Of a DNA stretch of 64,000 bases, positions 51,400 to 64,000 are shown piece after piece. Below the pieces are notes generated by a model. The model ran no database searches and was not told where the DNA came from. It saw only the letters and a program-made list of their open reading frames with translations. Position 1 is the stretch's first letter. Each line of letters begins with the position of its first letter. The translations under genes and the position numbers were made by a program. Source of the DNA: Macrostomum lignano (lineage: Eukaryota); NCBI GenBank assembly GCA_002269645.1, contig NIVC01000544.1, positions 124,001 through 188,000 of the forward strand, written 5' to 3'.

Positions 51400-52355
51400 C
51401 GTGGTAAAAAAGAACAAGACTCACTACAGTTCCTTCCGTTTCTTTCTTCTTTTTCTATTCACCATGACTGCCACTAAGATTTTTTTCTATGGGGAAAATT
51501 TTGACCATATATCGATAAGCTACATATTCACAGGTGAGCTGTGGACACTGTAATGCCGATACTGTTCAACGGAAACGCCCTCACACACGCTCACACAGAT
51601 TGTACAGCGGTCCTGACTTTCTAACGGAATCGAACCAGCTGCTTTGGTTCCAACAATATAGCAACTCAAGTCACAAGTCAAAATGTCAGACGTAGAGCCA
51701 AGAGGCATTCCGTAGTCGATATGCATTCGATACTACTGGCAGCAGTCGGCCAAGCTATAGATATATCGATTCATGGACAACTGGATCGACATTACTCGAT
51801 ATTCTTGAGGAATGAGCTGGAGAGGCCGTTTTATCACTGCAGAGCATCTCTAGAGAACGCAATTAACGCTGCATAGGATTTTGCCATAGACAAATTCGGT
51901 CGAGAAAGATCCTGAAAAGAAAGAAAGAAAACATGCTTTGATTTGTCAGGAACACCAATAAGCTTTTCTAGCCGGTGTGTATATTAACGCGCACTAAGTC
52001 CACCTGTGTACGCTCGTATACAAATGTAATTATATTCATTTCTGTGATTTTAACTAAACGTTCTTAAGCATAGAAGTGTCACTCAAAGCGCCATGCGACT
52101 TGATAATATGGAGTATAGCACGAGCCCAGTCGGGGTGCACTGTAGAACACAGCTGGGTGTAAACTATATTGCATTTAGCTTATGCAATCTACTGATATTA
52201 CGTAAGATACGAGCTAACAACAATGAAATTCTGTAAGCGAAAGACTTCACATTTATTTATACCATTACGTATATATGTGAAGGTTAAAGCGGAAAAATAG
52301 AGCTAGCTGTACGAGACGAAAGAGCCAGCTGTTCTTTAAATATCTTTTTACAAAC

Positions 52356-52467
52356 ATGAGCAAATGTGTCTGCATAATCGGAGCAGGTCCCAGCGGCTTG
52401 GCGAGCATCAAAAGCTGCTTAGAAGAGGGCCTCGATTGTGTCTGCTATGAGCTTAGCGACGATATTG
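52356..52467 (+). CDS. FMO: Flavin-containing monooxygenase exon 1
   Basis: [27 protein letters not shown] (FAD GxGxxG); GTGAGA donor; not in the ORF track. Confidence 0.93.
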
Positions 52468-52589
52468 GTGAGATCAGTTTCCATTATGCGTTCACTGGTT
52501 CACTTCAGCTGCATGGCTGAAGCCCGGGGTTAAAGGCCATAGACTGTAGCTTCAGGTGCTCTTAAGTGTCTGTGGCCCTAACCCCGGGG

Positions 52590-53030
52590 CAGGGGCGTCG
52601 CCACCGGGGGGACAGGGTGGGACATCCAATACTTTGTCCCCCCCCCCACCCCGCCTTGTGACCCGTTATGGAAATCAATAATTTTGCTTCAGGGTGACAA
52701 AATATAGTGCCTGCGGCGCTAAAATGAGTGCCTGCGGCGACAAAATGAGTGCCTGCAGCGACAAAATGAGTGCCTGCGGCGCTAAAATGAGTTGCTGCGG
52801 CGCCAACATGAGTGCCTGCGGCGCTAAAATGAGTGCCTGCGGCGCTAAAATGAGTGCTTGCGGCGCTAAAATGAGTTGCTGCGGCGCCAACATGAGTGCC
52901 TGCGGCGCTAAAATGAGTGCCTGCGGCGCCAATATGAGTGCCTGCGGCGCCAAAATGAGCGCTGACAACACTGATTCTTACAATAATGTACATGTAGGAA
53001 TTTAGTCCTGTACATTTACATGTGGAATTC
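52590..53030 (+). mobile_element. Second copy of the 21-bp-array element, in FMO intron 1
   Basis: Begins CAGGGGCGTCGCCA; same array and same downstream GCGCTGACAACACYGATTCT. Confidence 0.55.
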
Positions 53031-53274
53031 TTGGCCTCGGAGAAGGCCGCTCAACACATTAGCGAATTCTGGAGAGACAAATCTAGAGAATGTAGAGTCT
53101 GTGCTCTGTAGAGCATGCTTAATACAATGCAGCCTCGTTAAGCATTCCTTGTTTGAAAAGTGTAGGTGGTGTTTTAAGTCAGGCATGATATCTTATGTTT
53201 ACTTTTAATGTAAATAGCTTTTATGGTAATTGTTTCATGCGCTTCATCAAATCATACATCAATATTAACATCAG

Positions 53275-53551
53275 GCGGAATCTGGAACACGAAAAATCCG
53301 ACATCAAACGCATCCGTCTACTCCAGCTGCACCATGATCAGCAGCAAGCAGATGTCGTGTTTCAGCGATTTCCCTGTACCAGCGGGTGCGCCAACCTTCA
53401 TGCACAACCGCTGGGTGCTGCTGTACCTGCGCCTGTACGCTGAGCAGTTCCAGCTGACCAGCCGCATCATCTTCGGCGCCAAGGTGTTGTCTGTGCAACC
53501 TAAACTTCCAACGGATGTCAACACGCGATGGATTGTTGAGGTTAATCAGCG
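53275..53551 (+). CDS. FMO: FMO exon 2
   Basis: GGIWN...VYSSCTMISSKQMSCFSDFPVP; GTGAGT donor. Confidence 0.93.
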
Positions 53552-53878
53552 GTGAGTCAACTAGCGACTCAAAGTGTCAGATTTGAGCAGACCAAGGGCA
53601 AACCAACAAAGTAACAAGCAGTTGTACCAATTCCGCTGACTGCTGAGCACGCTACCACAGGGTGTACAGGGGGCCCGGGCTTTCTCCCTCATTTTCAGGC
53701 AGTGTACACCTTGAAGTCTTTAGGTGTTAGCCTTTGTAACCTTCGTGTTAGCCTTCGTGAATCGCACGCGCGACTTGTCTGAGGCTTTCCGAAACATAAA
53801 CTGCAGAACAACGTGTGCCCGCGAGAGCGATCGAACCTCGTGACTTTTTTACGAGAGTAAATTGCCGTCATGCTAGGC

Positions 53879-55225
53879 CAGCAGTCAGCAAACTGCTGCC
53901 CGCGGGTCCTAATTGAAGCTTCACAATAGCAATCCGTCCGCTCAAGGTTTATGTCCCTTATCAGTTCTCTTCTCTCACCTCTCTCTTCTCATCTAATCTC
54001 CTCACCTCTCCTCTCCTCTCCTCTCCTCTCCTCTCCTCTCTCCTCACCTCTCCTCTCCTCTCCTCTCCTCTCCTCTCCTCTCCTCTCCTTTCCTCTCCTT
54101 TCCTCTCCTCTCCTCTCCTCTCCTCTCCTCTCCTCTCCTCTCCTCTCCTCTCCTCTCCCCTTTCCTCTCCCTTCTCCTCCCTTCCCTCCTCTCTCCTTCT
54201 CCTCTCTCCTCTCCTCTCTCCTTTCTCCTCTTCTATTTCATCTCCCCCTCTCCTCTCCTCTCCTCTCCTCTCCTCTCCTCTCCTATCCGCTCCTTTCCTC
54301 TCCTCTCCTCTCCTCTCCTCTCCTCTCCTCTCCTCTCCTCTCCTCTCCGCTCCTTTCCTCTCCTCTCCTCTCCTCTCCTCTCCTCTCCTCTCCTCTCCTC
54401 TCCTCTCCTCTCCCTCTTTCCTCTCCCTTCTCCTCCCTTCCCTCCTCTCTCCTTCTCCTCTCTCCTCTCCTCTCTCCTTTCTCCTCTTCTATTTCATCTC
54501 CCCTCTCCTCTCCTCTCCTCTCCTCTCCGCTCCTTTCCTCTCCTCTCCTCTCCTCTCCTCTCCTCTCCTCTCTCCTCTCCTCTCCTCTCCTCTCCCCTTT
54601 CCTCTCCCTTCTCCTCCTTTCCCTCCTCTCTCCTTCTCCTCTCTCCTCTCCTCTCCTCTCCTCTCCTCTCTCCTCTCCTCTCCTCTCCTCTCTCCTCTCT
54701 TCTCCTCTCCTCTCCTCTCTCCTCTCCTCTCCTCTCCTCTCTCCTCTCCTCTCCTCTCCTCTCCTCTCCTCTCTCCTCTCCTCTCCTCTCCTCTCCCCTT
54801 TCCTCTCCCTTCTCCTCCTTTCCCTCCTCTCTCCTTCTCCTCTCTCCTCTCCTCTCCTCTCCTCTCCTCTCTCCTCTCCTCTCCTCTCCTCTCTCCTCTC
54901 TTCTCCTCTCCTCTCTCCTCTCCTCTCCTCTCCTCTCCTCTCTCCTCTCCTCTCCTCTCCTCTCCTCTCCCTTTTCCTCTCCCTTCTCCCTTCCCTCCTC
55001 TCTCCTTCTCCTCTCTCCTCTCCTTCTCTTCTCTCCTCTCCTCTCTCCTTTCTCCTCTTCTATTTCATCTTCCCCTCCTCTCTCCTCTCCTATCGTCTCA
55101 TTTTTTCTCCTTTATTCCTTGGCCTCTCCTTTCTCCTATTTATCCTCTCGATTCCCTCTATTCTCTCCAACAGACCCGCAGTCATGCGCTAGGCCCTTGA
55201 AGTAAGAAAAGTTGACCGACCCCTG
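53879..55225 (+). mobile_element. hAT-type MITE in FMO intron 2 with a ~1.2 kb (CTCTC)n tract
   Basis: Ends CAGCAGTCAGCAAAC / GTTGACCGACCCCTG; 8-bp TSD TGCTAGGC / TCCTAGGC (7/8). Confidence 0.7.
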
Positions 55226-55269
55226 TCCTAGGCTTTAATATCGTTTATCTTTCTGCTTTGACATCGCAG

Positions 55270-55716
55270 CAACGTCACAGCTGACGGTAGAACGGAGCAG
55301 CTGTCTGTACGACGCAAATTCGGCGCCGTATTGATCTGCACCGGACATCACTGGCAGGCCAACTGTCCGAGGCCGTCAGGTATTGCCAATTTCACTGGCG
55401 ACATCTGTCACTCAAGCAGCTACGTCGATTATCAGCGATTTGCCAACAAGAGAGTCCTGGTTGTCGGCTTAGGAAACTCGGGCGCCGATATCGCCTGCGA
55501 ACTTAGTTGGCACTGCCGTTCAGTCATGCTCAGCTGTCGAGGCGGCGGGTCATGGATCGTCGGCAAGACCGGCCCGTTCGGTTGGCCGATGGACGCGCTG
55601 GCTACCACTAGACTAGGGAGGCTGCTGCTGCCCGACTGGGCTCTGGAGTGCGCCGTCAGGGCGTTTGCTAACTTCAAGCACTGCCATCAACATCTGGGAC
55701 TTAGGCCTGAGTATAG
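55270..55716 (+). CDS. FMO: FMO exon 3
   Basis: ICTGHH, FMO signature FTGDICHSSSY, NADPH motif VVGLGNSGADIA. Confidence 0.93.
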
Positions 55717-55854
55717 GTGCGTTGATAGGGTACTCAGAAACGTCAAAATAGTCTATACGAGTACAGTATAAAAGTTGAGAGTGTTTTAAGAATCAGTTAG
55801 CCTAAAAATGGTTTAGGGTCATTGGAGTCAGGCAAGTTACAAGAATGAAAAGGG

Positions 55855-56445
55855 TCACAGAAGAGTCACGAGAGACAGGAGAGTCACAAGTGTCATAACA
55901 GTCACAAGAGTATAGAGAGTCACAAGAGGCAGGAGAGTCACAAGAGGCAGGAGAGTCACAAGAGTAAAGAGAGTCACAAGAGTAAAGAGAGTCACAAGAG
56001 TAAAGAGAGTCACAAGAGGCAGGAGAGTCACAAGAGTCAGGAGAGTCACAAGAGTAAAGAGAGTCACAAGAGGCAGGAGAGTCACAAGAGTAAAGAGAGT
56101 CACAAGAGGCAGGAGAGTCACAAGAGGCAGGAGAGTCACAAGAGTCAGGAGAGTCACAAGAGTAAAGAGAGTCACAAGAGTCATAACAGTCACAAGAGTA
56201 AAGAGAGTCACAAGAGTCAGGAGAGTCACAAAAGGCAGGAGAGTCACAAGAGGCAGGAGAGTCACAAGAGGCAGGAGAGTCACAAGAGGCAGGAGAGTCA
56301 CAAGAGGCAGGAGAGTCACAAGAGGCAGGAGAGTCACAAGAGGCAGGAGAGTCACAAGAGGCAGGAGAGTCACAAGAGGCAGGAGAGTCACAAGAGGCAG
56401 GAAAGTCACAAGAGGCAGGAGAGTCACAAGAGGCAGGAGAGTTTC
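55855..56445. repeat. 18-bp minisatellite GAGTCACAAGAGGCAGGA (FMO intron 3)
   Basis: Visible tandem copies. Confidence 0.96.
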
Positions 56446-56534
56446 AAGCGTCTTGAGAGTCTTATAGTCAGGAGGACAAAAAATAACGCATGGAAGCACG
56501 GAGTCTGCATGCTCGACCCTCAACCGCTCCGCAG

Positions 56535-56823
56535 TGTGCTCTCGACGCATCCAACAATTCACGACCAGCTGCAGTACCGCATAGCTGACGGATTCGTGTC
56601 TGTGAAGCCGGGCCTGACACGGTTCACTTCCGACGGTCGCGCTGAGTTTGCTGACGGCAGCAGCGCCTCCGTGGACGCAGTGATTTTCGCCACCGGCTAT
56701 CGACCGACTCTGCCTTTCGTATCGAAGGAACTGCTTGAAATCGAGCCAGACGGTTGGGCAGGTCTATACAAGTTCACCTTCCATCGGGAGTACAACACGT
56801 TCGCTGCAGTTGGACTCTTGCAA
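56535..56823 (+). CDS. FMO: FMO exon 4
   Basis: FADGSSASVDAVIFATGY...LYKFTF; phase 2-0. Confidence 0.9.
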
Positions 56824-56931
56824 GTAATGGTCAATCTAGTTGTGCAAAACAGTTGGCTACGAAGTATTTAAGATTCCACATGCTGTACGCAACCAATTGA
56901 CTGTAAATACACCTGCCTCTCCAAAACACAG

Positions 56932-57117
56932 GTGGTTGGAGCATTCTTCCCGGTACTGGAAGCCCAAGCCAGATGGGCCGCCAAGGTGTTCGCTGAACGT
57001 CAAGTTGATGACCTTCACCACCTCCTGCCTGACACTGAAAAAAGAGACGCCGAAATCGTCGAAAGAAAGCGTCGAATTCGGGTCAAGTTTCGTCGGACAG
57101 ATCGACACGCTATGGAG
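56932..57117 (+). CDS. FMO: FMO exon 5
   Basis: VVGAFFPVLEAQARWAAKVF; phase 0-0. Confidence 0.88.
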
Positions 57118-57508
57118 GTGAAACTGCAACCGGCTGTTGCGTCACTGTTGATGAGGCTGTGCACTTCTCCAGAGTCCCATTTGACACACACAGCCTTTAG
57201 AAATAAATAAATGAGTGCAGGAGGGCTGTGAACCAACCAGCTGCCCGCTGTGACAATTCCTTCCCACAATCGTACAATACTGTATGCAGGCACGCACTCA
57301 TTCGAGTACAGACACTCACACATGGCGCGCTTTGACCTTGTAATCGTTAGGCATGTACACCTCTGTGCCTTGGGGGTTGGGCCTCGTGGCTGTGAATTGC
57401 TCGACAGCCCACCTGCCGGCCCATTTTCGAGCGCACAAGCCCCAAGACGGAATTAAGCCCGAGCAGCATCCGTTAAATACTCGTAGTTGCGCAACTCATT
57501 AATTTCAG

Positions 57509-57841
57509 ACTCACTGGCTCGACGTCATGGACATGCTTGCCGACGAAATTGGCTGCAGACCGCGCCTGCTGTCGCTGCTGCTGCAGCACCGATCGCTGGG
57601 CCTGGCGCTCCGATGCTGGTGTCAGCCCTGCCTGCCCGCTCAGTATCGTCTGGTAGGGCGGCACGCCTGGCCGGAGGCTGCGCGCTTCATCAACAATGGA
57701 TGGCTAAATGGTCGCTGGAGCTCTGACGAGTATTTAACGGCTACAAAGCCTAGTGCTGAAAGTAGTATGGTTTGGTGTTGGGGCCTGTTGGCTCTGGCTG
57801 GATTTATTTTGGTAGCTTCAGTGCTAACCAGCCTGTGGTAG
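57509..57841 (+). CDS. FMO: FMO exon 6 with C-terminal membrane anchor
   Basis: MDMLADEIGCRP...PAQYRLVGRHAWPEA, hydrophobic tail and stop. Six exons total 1644 nt (547 aa). Confidence 0.9.
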   Translation, partial: THWLDVMDMLADEIGCRPRLLSLLLQHRSLGLALRCWCQPCLPAQYRLVGRHAWPEAARFINNGWLNGRWSSDEYLTATKPSAESSMVWCWGLLALAGFILVASVLTSLW

Positions 57842-57954
57842 GGAAGTTCGACGTATTATGCGTACTCAAGCAACTCGATAACTGGTTAATATAGCAGATC
57901 AAATTTATGAGTTGTTTGAAATTCTCCAATTTTTGGTCACTCAGTAAGAAAGTA

Positions 57955-58585
<631 letters not shown>

Positions 58586-59419
58586 TTTACGTGTGCCTGA
58601 ATATTTAGCTGTATATTTAGGTTTTAAAAAATCTTCCGTTTGAAGTTCTACGTTCTGTCTACTATTAGTAGTCGTTAAATGAAGGTATTTTTGGCATAAA
58701 TGCGTTCAGAACTTTCAACATTTTAAACAAATCAAACTGAATATACTGAAATCTGGTTAATTATTTATTCGGATTGAAAGTTATAAAAAATCATAAGCAA
58801 CTTTAAACAAATATTTAAGTTGCTTATTTGAATTTATTGACATCAGAGCACCAGACTGCCAGAGAACCATGACTTGCTTACCATGATCGTGATATTTTCG
58901 CTAAGAACTACACACCAGCATTGAAACGGGGGCACGACAACTGACTATCGGTAATTCACATTCTGCATGGTTAAGGTTAGGGTTACAGGGTTGGGGCTTA
59001 GAAAATTAGGATTAAAGTTAGGGTTAAGTTCGGAAGTAAAGGAGCACAGCATCTCAGAGGTAAATGTGCCGGACTTTTGGACCCATGCTTCGATTCCCAT
59101 AGCGGCCGCATTGATTGGGTGCTTGTGCGCATGAAAATTGGTCACCCACGAGAGCCAACACCCAAGAGAATCAGGGCCTGTGTGAGCGTGTGGCCTGAGT
59201 ACAGTATTGGTGCCGGATTTCTAGTCAATTCTGCTGTCTATGGCACTTTGAAATAGCGGTAAAAATAATCAGTCAATCGTCGATGGTAATTGGAAAGGAC
59301 AGTGAAGGTGACGGCCTGACTGTCATAAATTGATTCTCTAGTGGAGTTTGAGCTTTCATTTAAATAACCAATGGAAAAAGAAGCTATGATTGTCGCTACC
59401 AAAACATTCCTGGCGGAGA

Positions 59420-59810
59420 AATATTCGGACTCTCCACGGACGAGTTGGCTTTTGTCACCCGAGAGTCGAGCAAGAGCTTTGTAGATGAACAATTTGGATG
59501 CATCATCCAGTATCCAAGTGCTGCCTGACCTAACCAGCAAAGATCTGCAAATTCTGGGACCGGGTTGAGAATGAATCTGTGCCGAAATCGACCGAGACTC
59601 AACGAATAGGTTCCACCAGTTCCTCAATAAGCAGGGGCTCTCCCAGGAGTTTGAGCGTGTACCGCGGATCGATTCCTGAGCGATGATCTGAAGCTTTTTT
59701 ATTCATCTCTTCAAAAGCAGGCATGGAACATACTACGCGCCGATGTCTCTCATCTGTTTTCGTGCGGCCATCCAACGGCACCTGGAATCCACGTCCATCA
59801 ATCGCTAGGT
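59420..59810 (+). pseudogene. Third, degenerate Crypton N-terminal relic
   Basis: Across frameshifts: FGLSTDEL...ENESVPKST...LSDDLKLFYSSLQK / GTYYAPMSLICFRAAIQRHLESTSIN, aligning with the 45973 ORF. Confidence 0.65.
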
Positions 59811-60002
59811 AGACAGCATTGTCGGAGGAACAAATTTACTCCTGTGTTGCTTTTCCGGCAACAAACATGTTCGTGGTTGTCACGTTTCGATTCTTTTCTA
59901 TATCCAAATGCTTCCGCTAATTTTCCGGCAAAACAATATAAAAAAACAGCCGGGCAAACAGTTGAGTTGCTGCCGAAAGTCTTACTACCGAAAACCATAA
60001 AT

Positions 60003-60362
60003 CAGGGGTCGGCAAACCCCGGCCCGCGAAGCCTCTCTTATCCGACCCTCGATCGGTTTCTTTGAAACTTCACAATAGCAATGCGGCCCGCTCACGGTGT
60101 CTCTTCTCTCTAATCGCCTCTTCTCTTTTCTCTAATCTCTCCTCTCCCTTCACCTCACACTTATTTTTTCTCCTCTCTCCTCTCCTCTCCTCTCCCTTCA
60201 CCTCGATCTATCCTTTCCTCTCCTCTCCTTTCCTCTCCTCTCTCCTTTCTCCTATCTCTCTTCTCTCTTCTCTATTCCATTTCCTCTCTCCCCTCCTCAG
60301 GCCCGCAGTCATGCTTTAGGTTCTCTACCTGGTCCTTGAGACAAAAAGTTTGCCGACTCCTG
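60003..60362 (+). mobile_element. hAT-type MITE, same family
   Basis: TIRs CAGGGGTCGGCAAAC / GTTTGCCGACTCCTG; flanks CCATAAAT / CCATAGAC; shares CTTCACAATAGCAAT and CCCGCAGTCATGC with the 53879 copy. Confidence 0.75.
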
Positions 60363-60496
60363 CCATAGACAAAAGGGTACAATACTTCAGAACGCAGGCA
60401 AAGCTATAAAATGCTAGTGTTTGCTATTTCTGAAAATAAATTTTTACTACTCAACATTGACACAAGTTGCGACTTCAGAGGTGATTAAAACAATTG

Positions 60497-61078
60497 ATGA
60501 GGTCCCCCCTGCGTCTTCTGCTGGCCGCCATCGCAGTTCTCAGCTCGCCTCAGCCAGTCCGATGCAGCTGCAGCGATCCGCTGTTCAGCCCTTTGACTGC
60601 CATCAAACGAGACGCTTTCTTACTAACCGAGGGCGAAAGTCTCCGGCTATCCTGCGGCGTCTGCGGCGACTGTCTGCCGGCCTCTGATAGGCGGTGCTAC
60701 GACCACAAAAATCAGGTATGGATGTCTGAGGAGGATAGGCAGAAAGCTCAAATTCGAAGCAGAACAAAGACCAAACCGGTAACCGGAGACGGAACAGGCA
60801 AACAGGGCAGCAATGCCAAGCTGGGCAAGCGGCAGCGATTTCGCAACTTTATGAAACGCATGAAGGAGCGAGCGAACCGAGCCAAGAAGAGGCTGCTGAA
60901 GGTGGCGCTCACGACGAGGCGTTACATGGAGATTGCGGTGCAACGGTTCGACAGGCTGAGGCGACTGGGCTTCGAGTCGGACAGCGGCGTCGGCATACTC
61001 AAGGAGCTCTGGAGCCCTACAGCGTCGGATTCAGAGTTGCAGTGGTTCGTTGAAACGGCTGATGGACAGGTGTCTAAG
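60497..61078 (+). CDS. Secreted or membrane Ig-domain protein (FAM187A-like), exon 1
   Basis: Signal-peptide-like MRSPLRLLLAAIAVLSS, EGESLRLSC ... LQWF. The donor is at either 61070 or 61079. Confidence 0.65.
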
Positions 61079-61099
61079 GTGCGTCGATAGATTTACTTC

Positions 61100-63000
<1,901 letters not shown>

Positions 63001-63052
63001 GTCACGCAAATTGAGAAACTCAAACGTACTACATGTAGATGCACATCTGCAG

Positions 63053-63303
63053 GTAAAACACGAATCCGGAGGCCGTGTGCTTATCTTCGACATGCTAGTA
63101 ATCAGCCGGGCGAACCTGGGCAGCACCGGCCTGTACACCTGCCAGTTTCGCGGCAAAATGCGAGCCCGATTCGTTGTTACCGTAGTTGCCGGAGGCGTGG
63201 AACCCTACCGAGAGTTCGAGCCCGGCTCTGGACGTAGTTTGCAGCCGAAACTGCTGTCTAAAGGCAACTTGGAGGTCTACACTCGATGGATGGATCAGAC
63301 TAG
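63053..63303 (+). CDS. Ig-domain protein exon 2
   Basis: LVISRANLGSTGLYTCQF (F-strand Cys), then NLEVYTRWMDQTR resembling FAM187A HLHVFTTFWEWTPC. The gene probably continues past the window. Confidence 0.65.
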
Positions 63304-63449
63304 GTGTGAAAAATATCTTCATATCTAAATGTACCTAAGAATGAACGTGCTTTTGGTGGATGTCTCACTTCGCGACTCTATGCATATGGTTCTTTTAACA
63401 AGTATACTATCACAAAGACGTTACAAGAATTAGTAACTTCATCCTAAAA

Positions 63450-64000
63450 AATGAAATGGCACTGATCTATCAAATGAAATGGCACTGATCTATCAAATGA
63501 AATGGCACTGATCTATCAAATAAAATGGCACTGATCTATCAAATGAAATGGCACTGATCTATCAAATGAAATGGCACTAATATATCAAATGAAATGGCAC
63601 TGATCTATCAAATGAAATGGCACTAATATATCAATTGAAAAGGCACTGATCTATCAAATGAAATGGCACTGATCTATCAAATGAAATGGCACTAATATAT
63701 CAAATGAAATGGCACTGATCTATCAAATGAAATGGCACTGATCTATCAAATGAAATGGCACTAATATATCAAATGAAATGGCACTGATCTATCAAATGAA
63801 ATGGCACTAATATATCAAATGAAATGGCACTAATATATCAAATGAAAAGGCACTGATCTATCAAATGAAATGGCACTAATATATCAAATGAAATGGCACT
63901 GATCTATCAAATGAAATGGCACTAATATATCAAATGAAATGGCACTAATATATCAAATGAAATGGCACTAATATATCAAATGAAATGGCACTAATATATC
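63450..64000. repeat. 23-bp minisatellite AAATGAAATGGCACTGATCTATC
   Basis: Period of 23; runs off the window end. Confidence 0.96.

Noticed and set aside
58965-59035. Interstitial telomere repeat
   Set aside because: Only a few degenerate TTAGGG-like units.

Overview
Repeat-rich genomic DNA from an invertebrate animal (spliceosomal introns; a flatworm or other lophotrochozoan is plausible but unproven). All annotation was done by eye. The window contains: (1) the 5' half of a minus-strand T-type Ca2+ channel gene (Cav3; ATG ~24206, running off the left edge) with a U12 AT-AC first intron, mutually exclusive domain-II turret exons of the 12a and 12b type, and no domain-I pore exon that I could find; (2) a 4-exon, 3-RRM hnRNP M/MYEF2-like gene (minus, 30548-34426) whose exon 3 lies between complementary minisatellites; (3) a young, internally deleted BEL/Pao LTR element (38676-42133, TSD TATAG); (4) two small paralogous Cys-rich single-pass membrane-protein genes ending PMVPMAELGV; between them lie Crypton (tyrosine-recombinase) fragments and a perfect 13-7-13 palindrome with loxP-like geometry; (5) a complete 6-exon flavin monooxygenase gene (plus, 52356-57841); (6) the start of a FAM187A-like Ig-domain gene (plus, from 60497). 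Most introns carry their own minisatellite, some of them inside MITEs. No rRNA, tRNA or CRISPR array was found.
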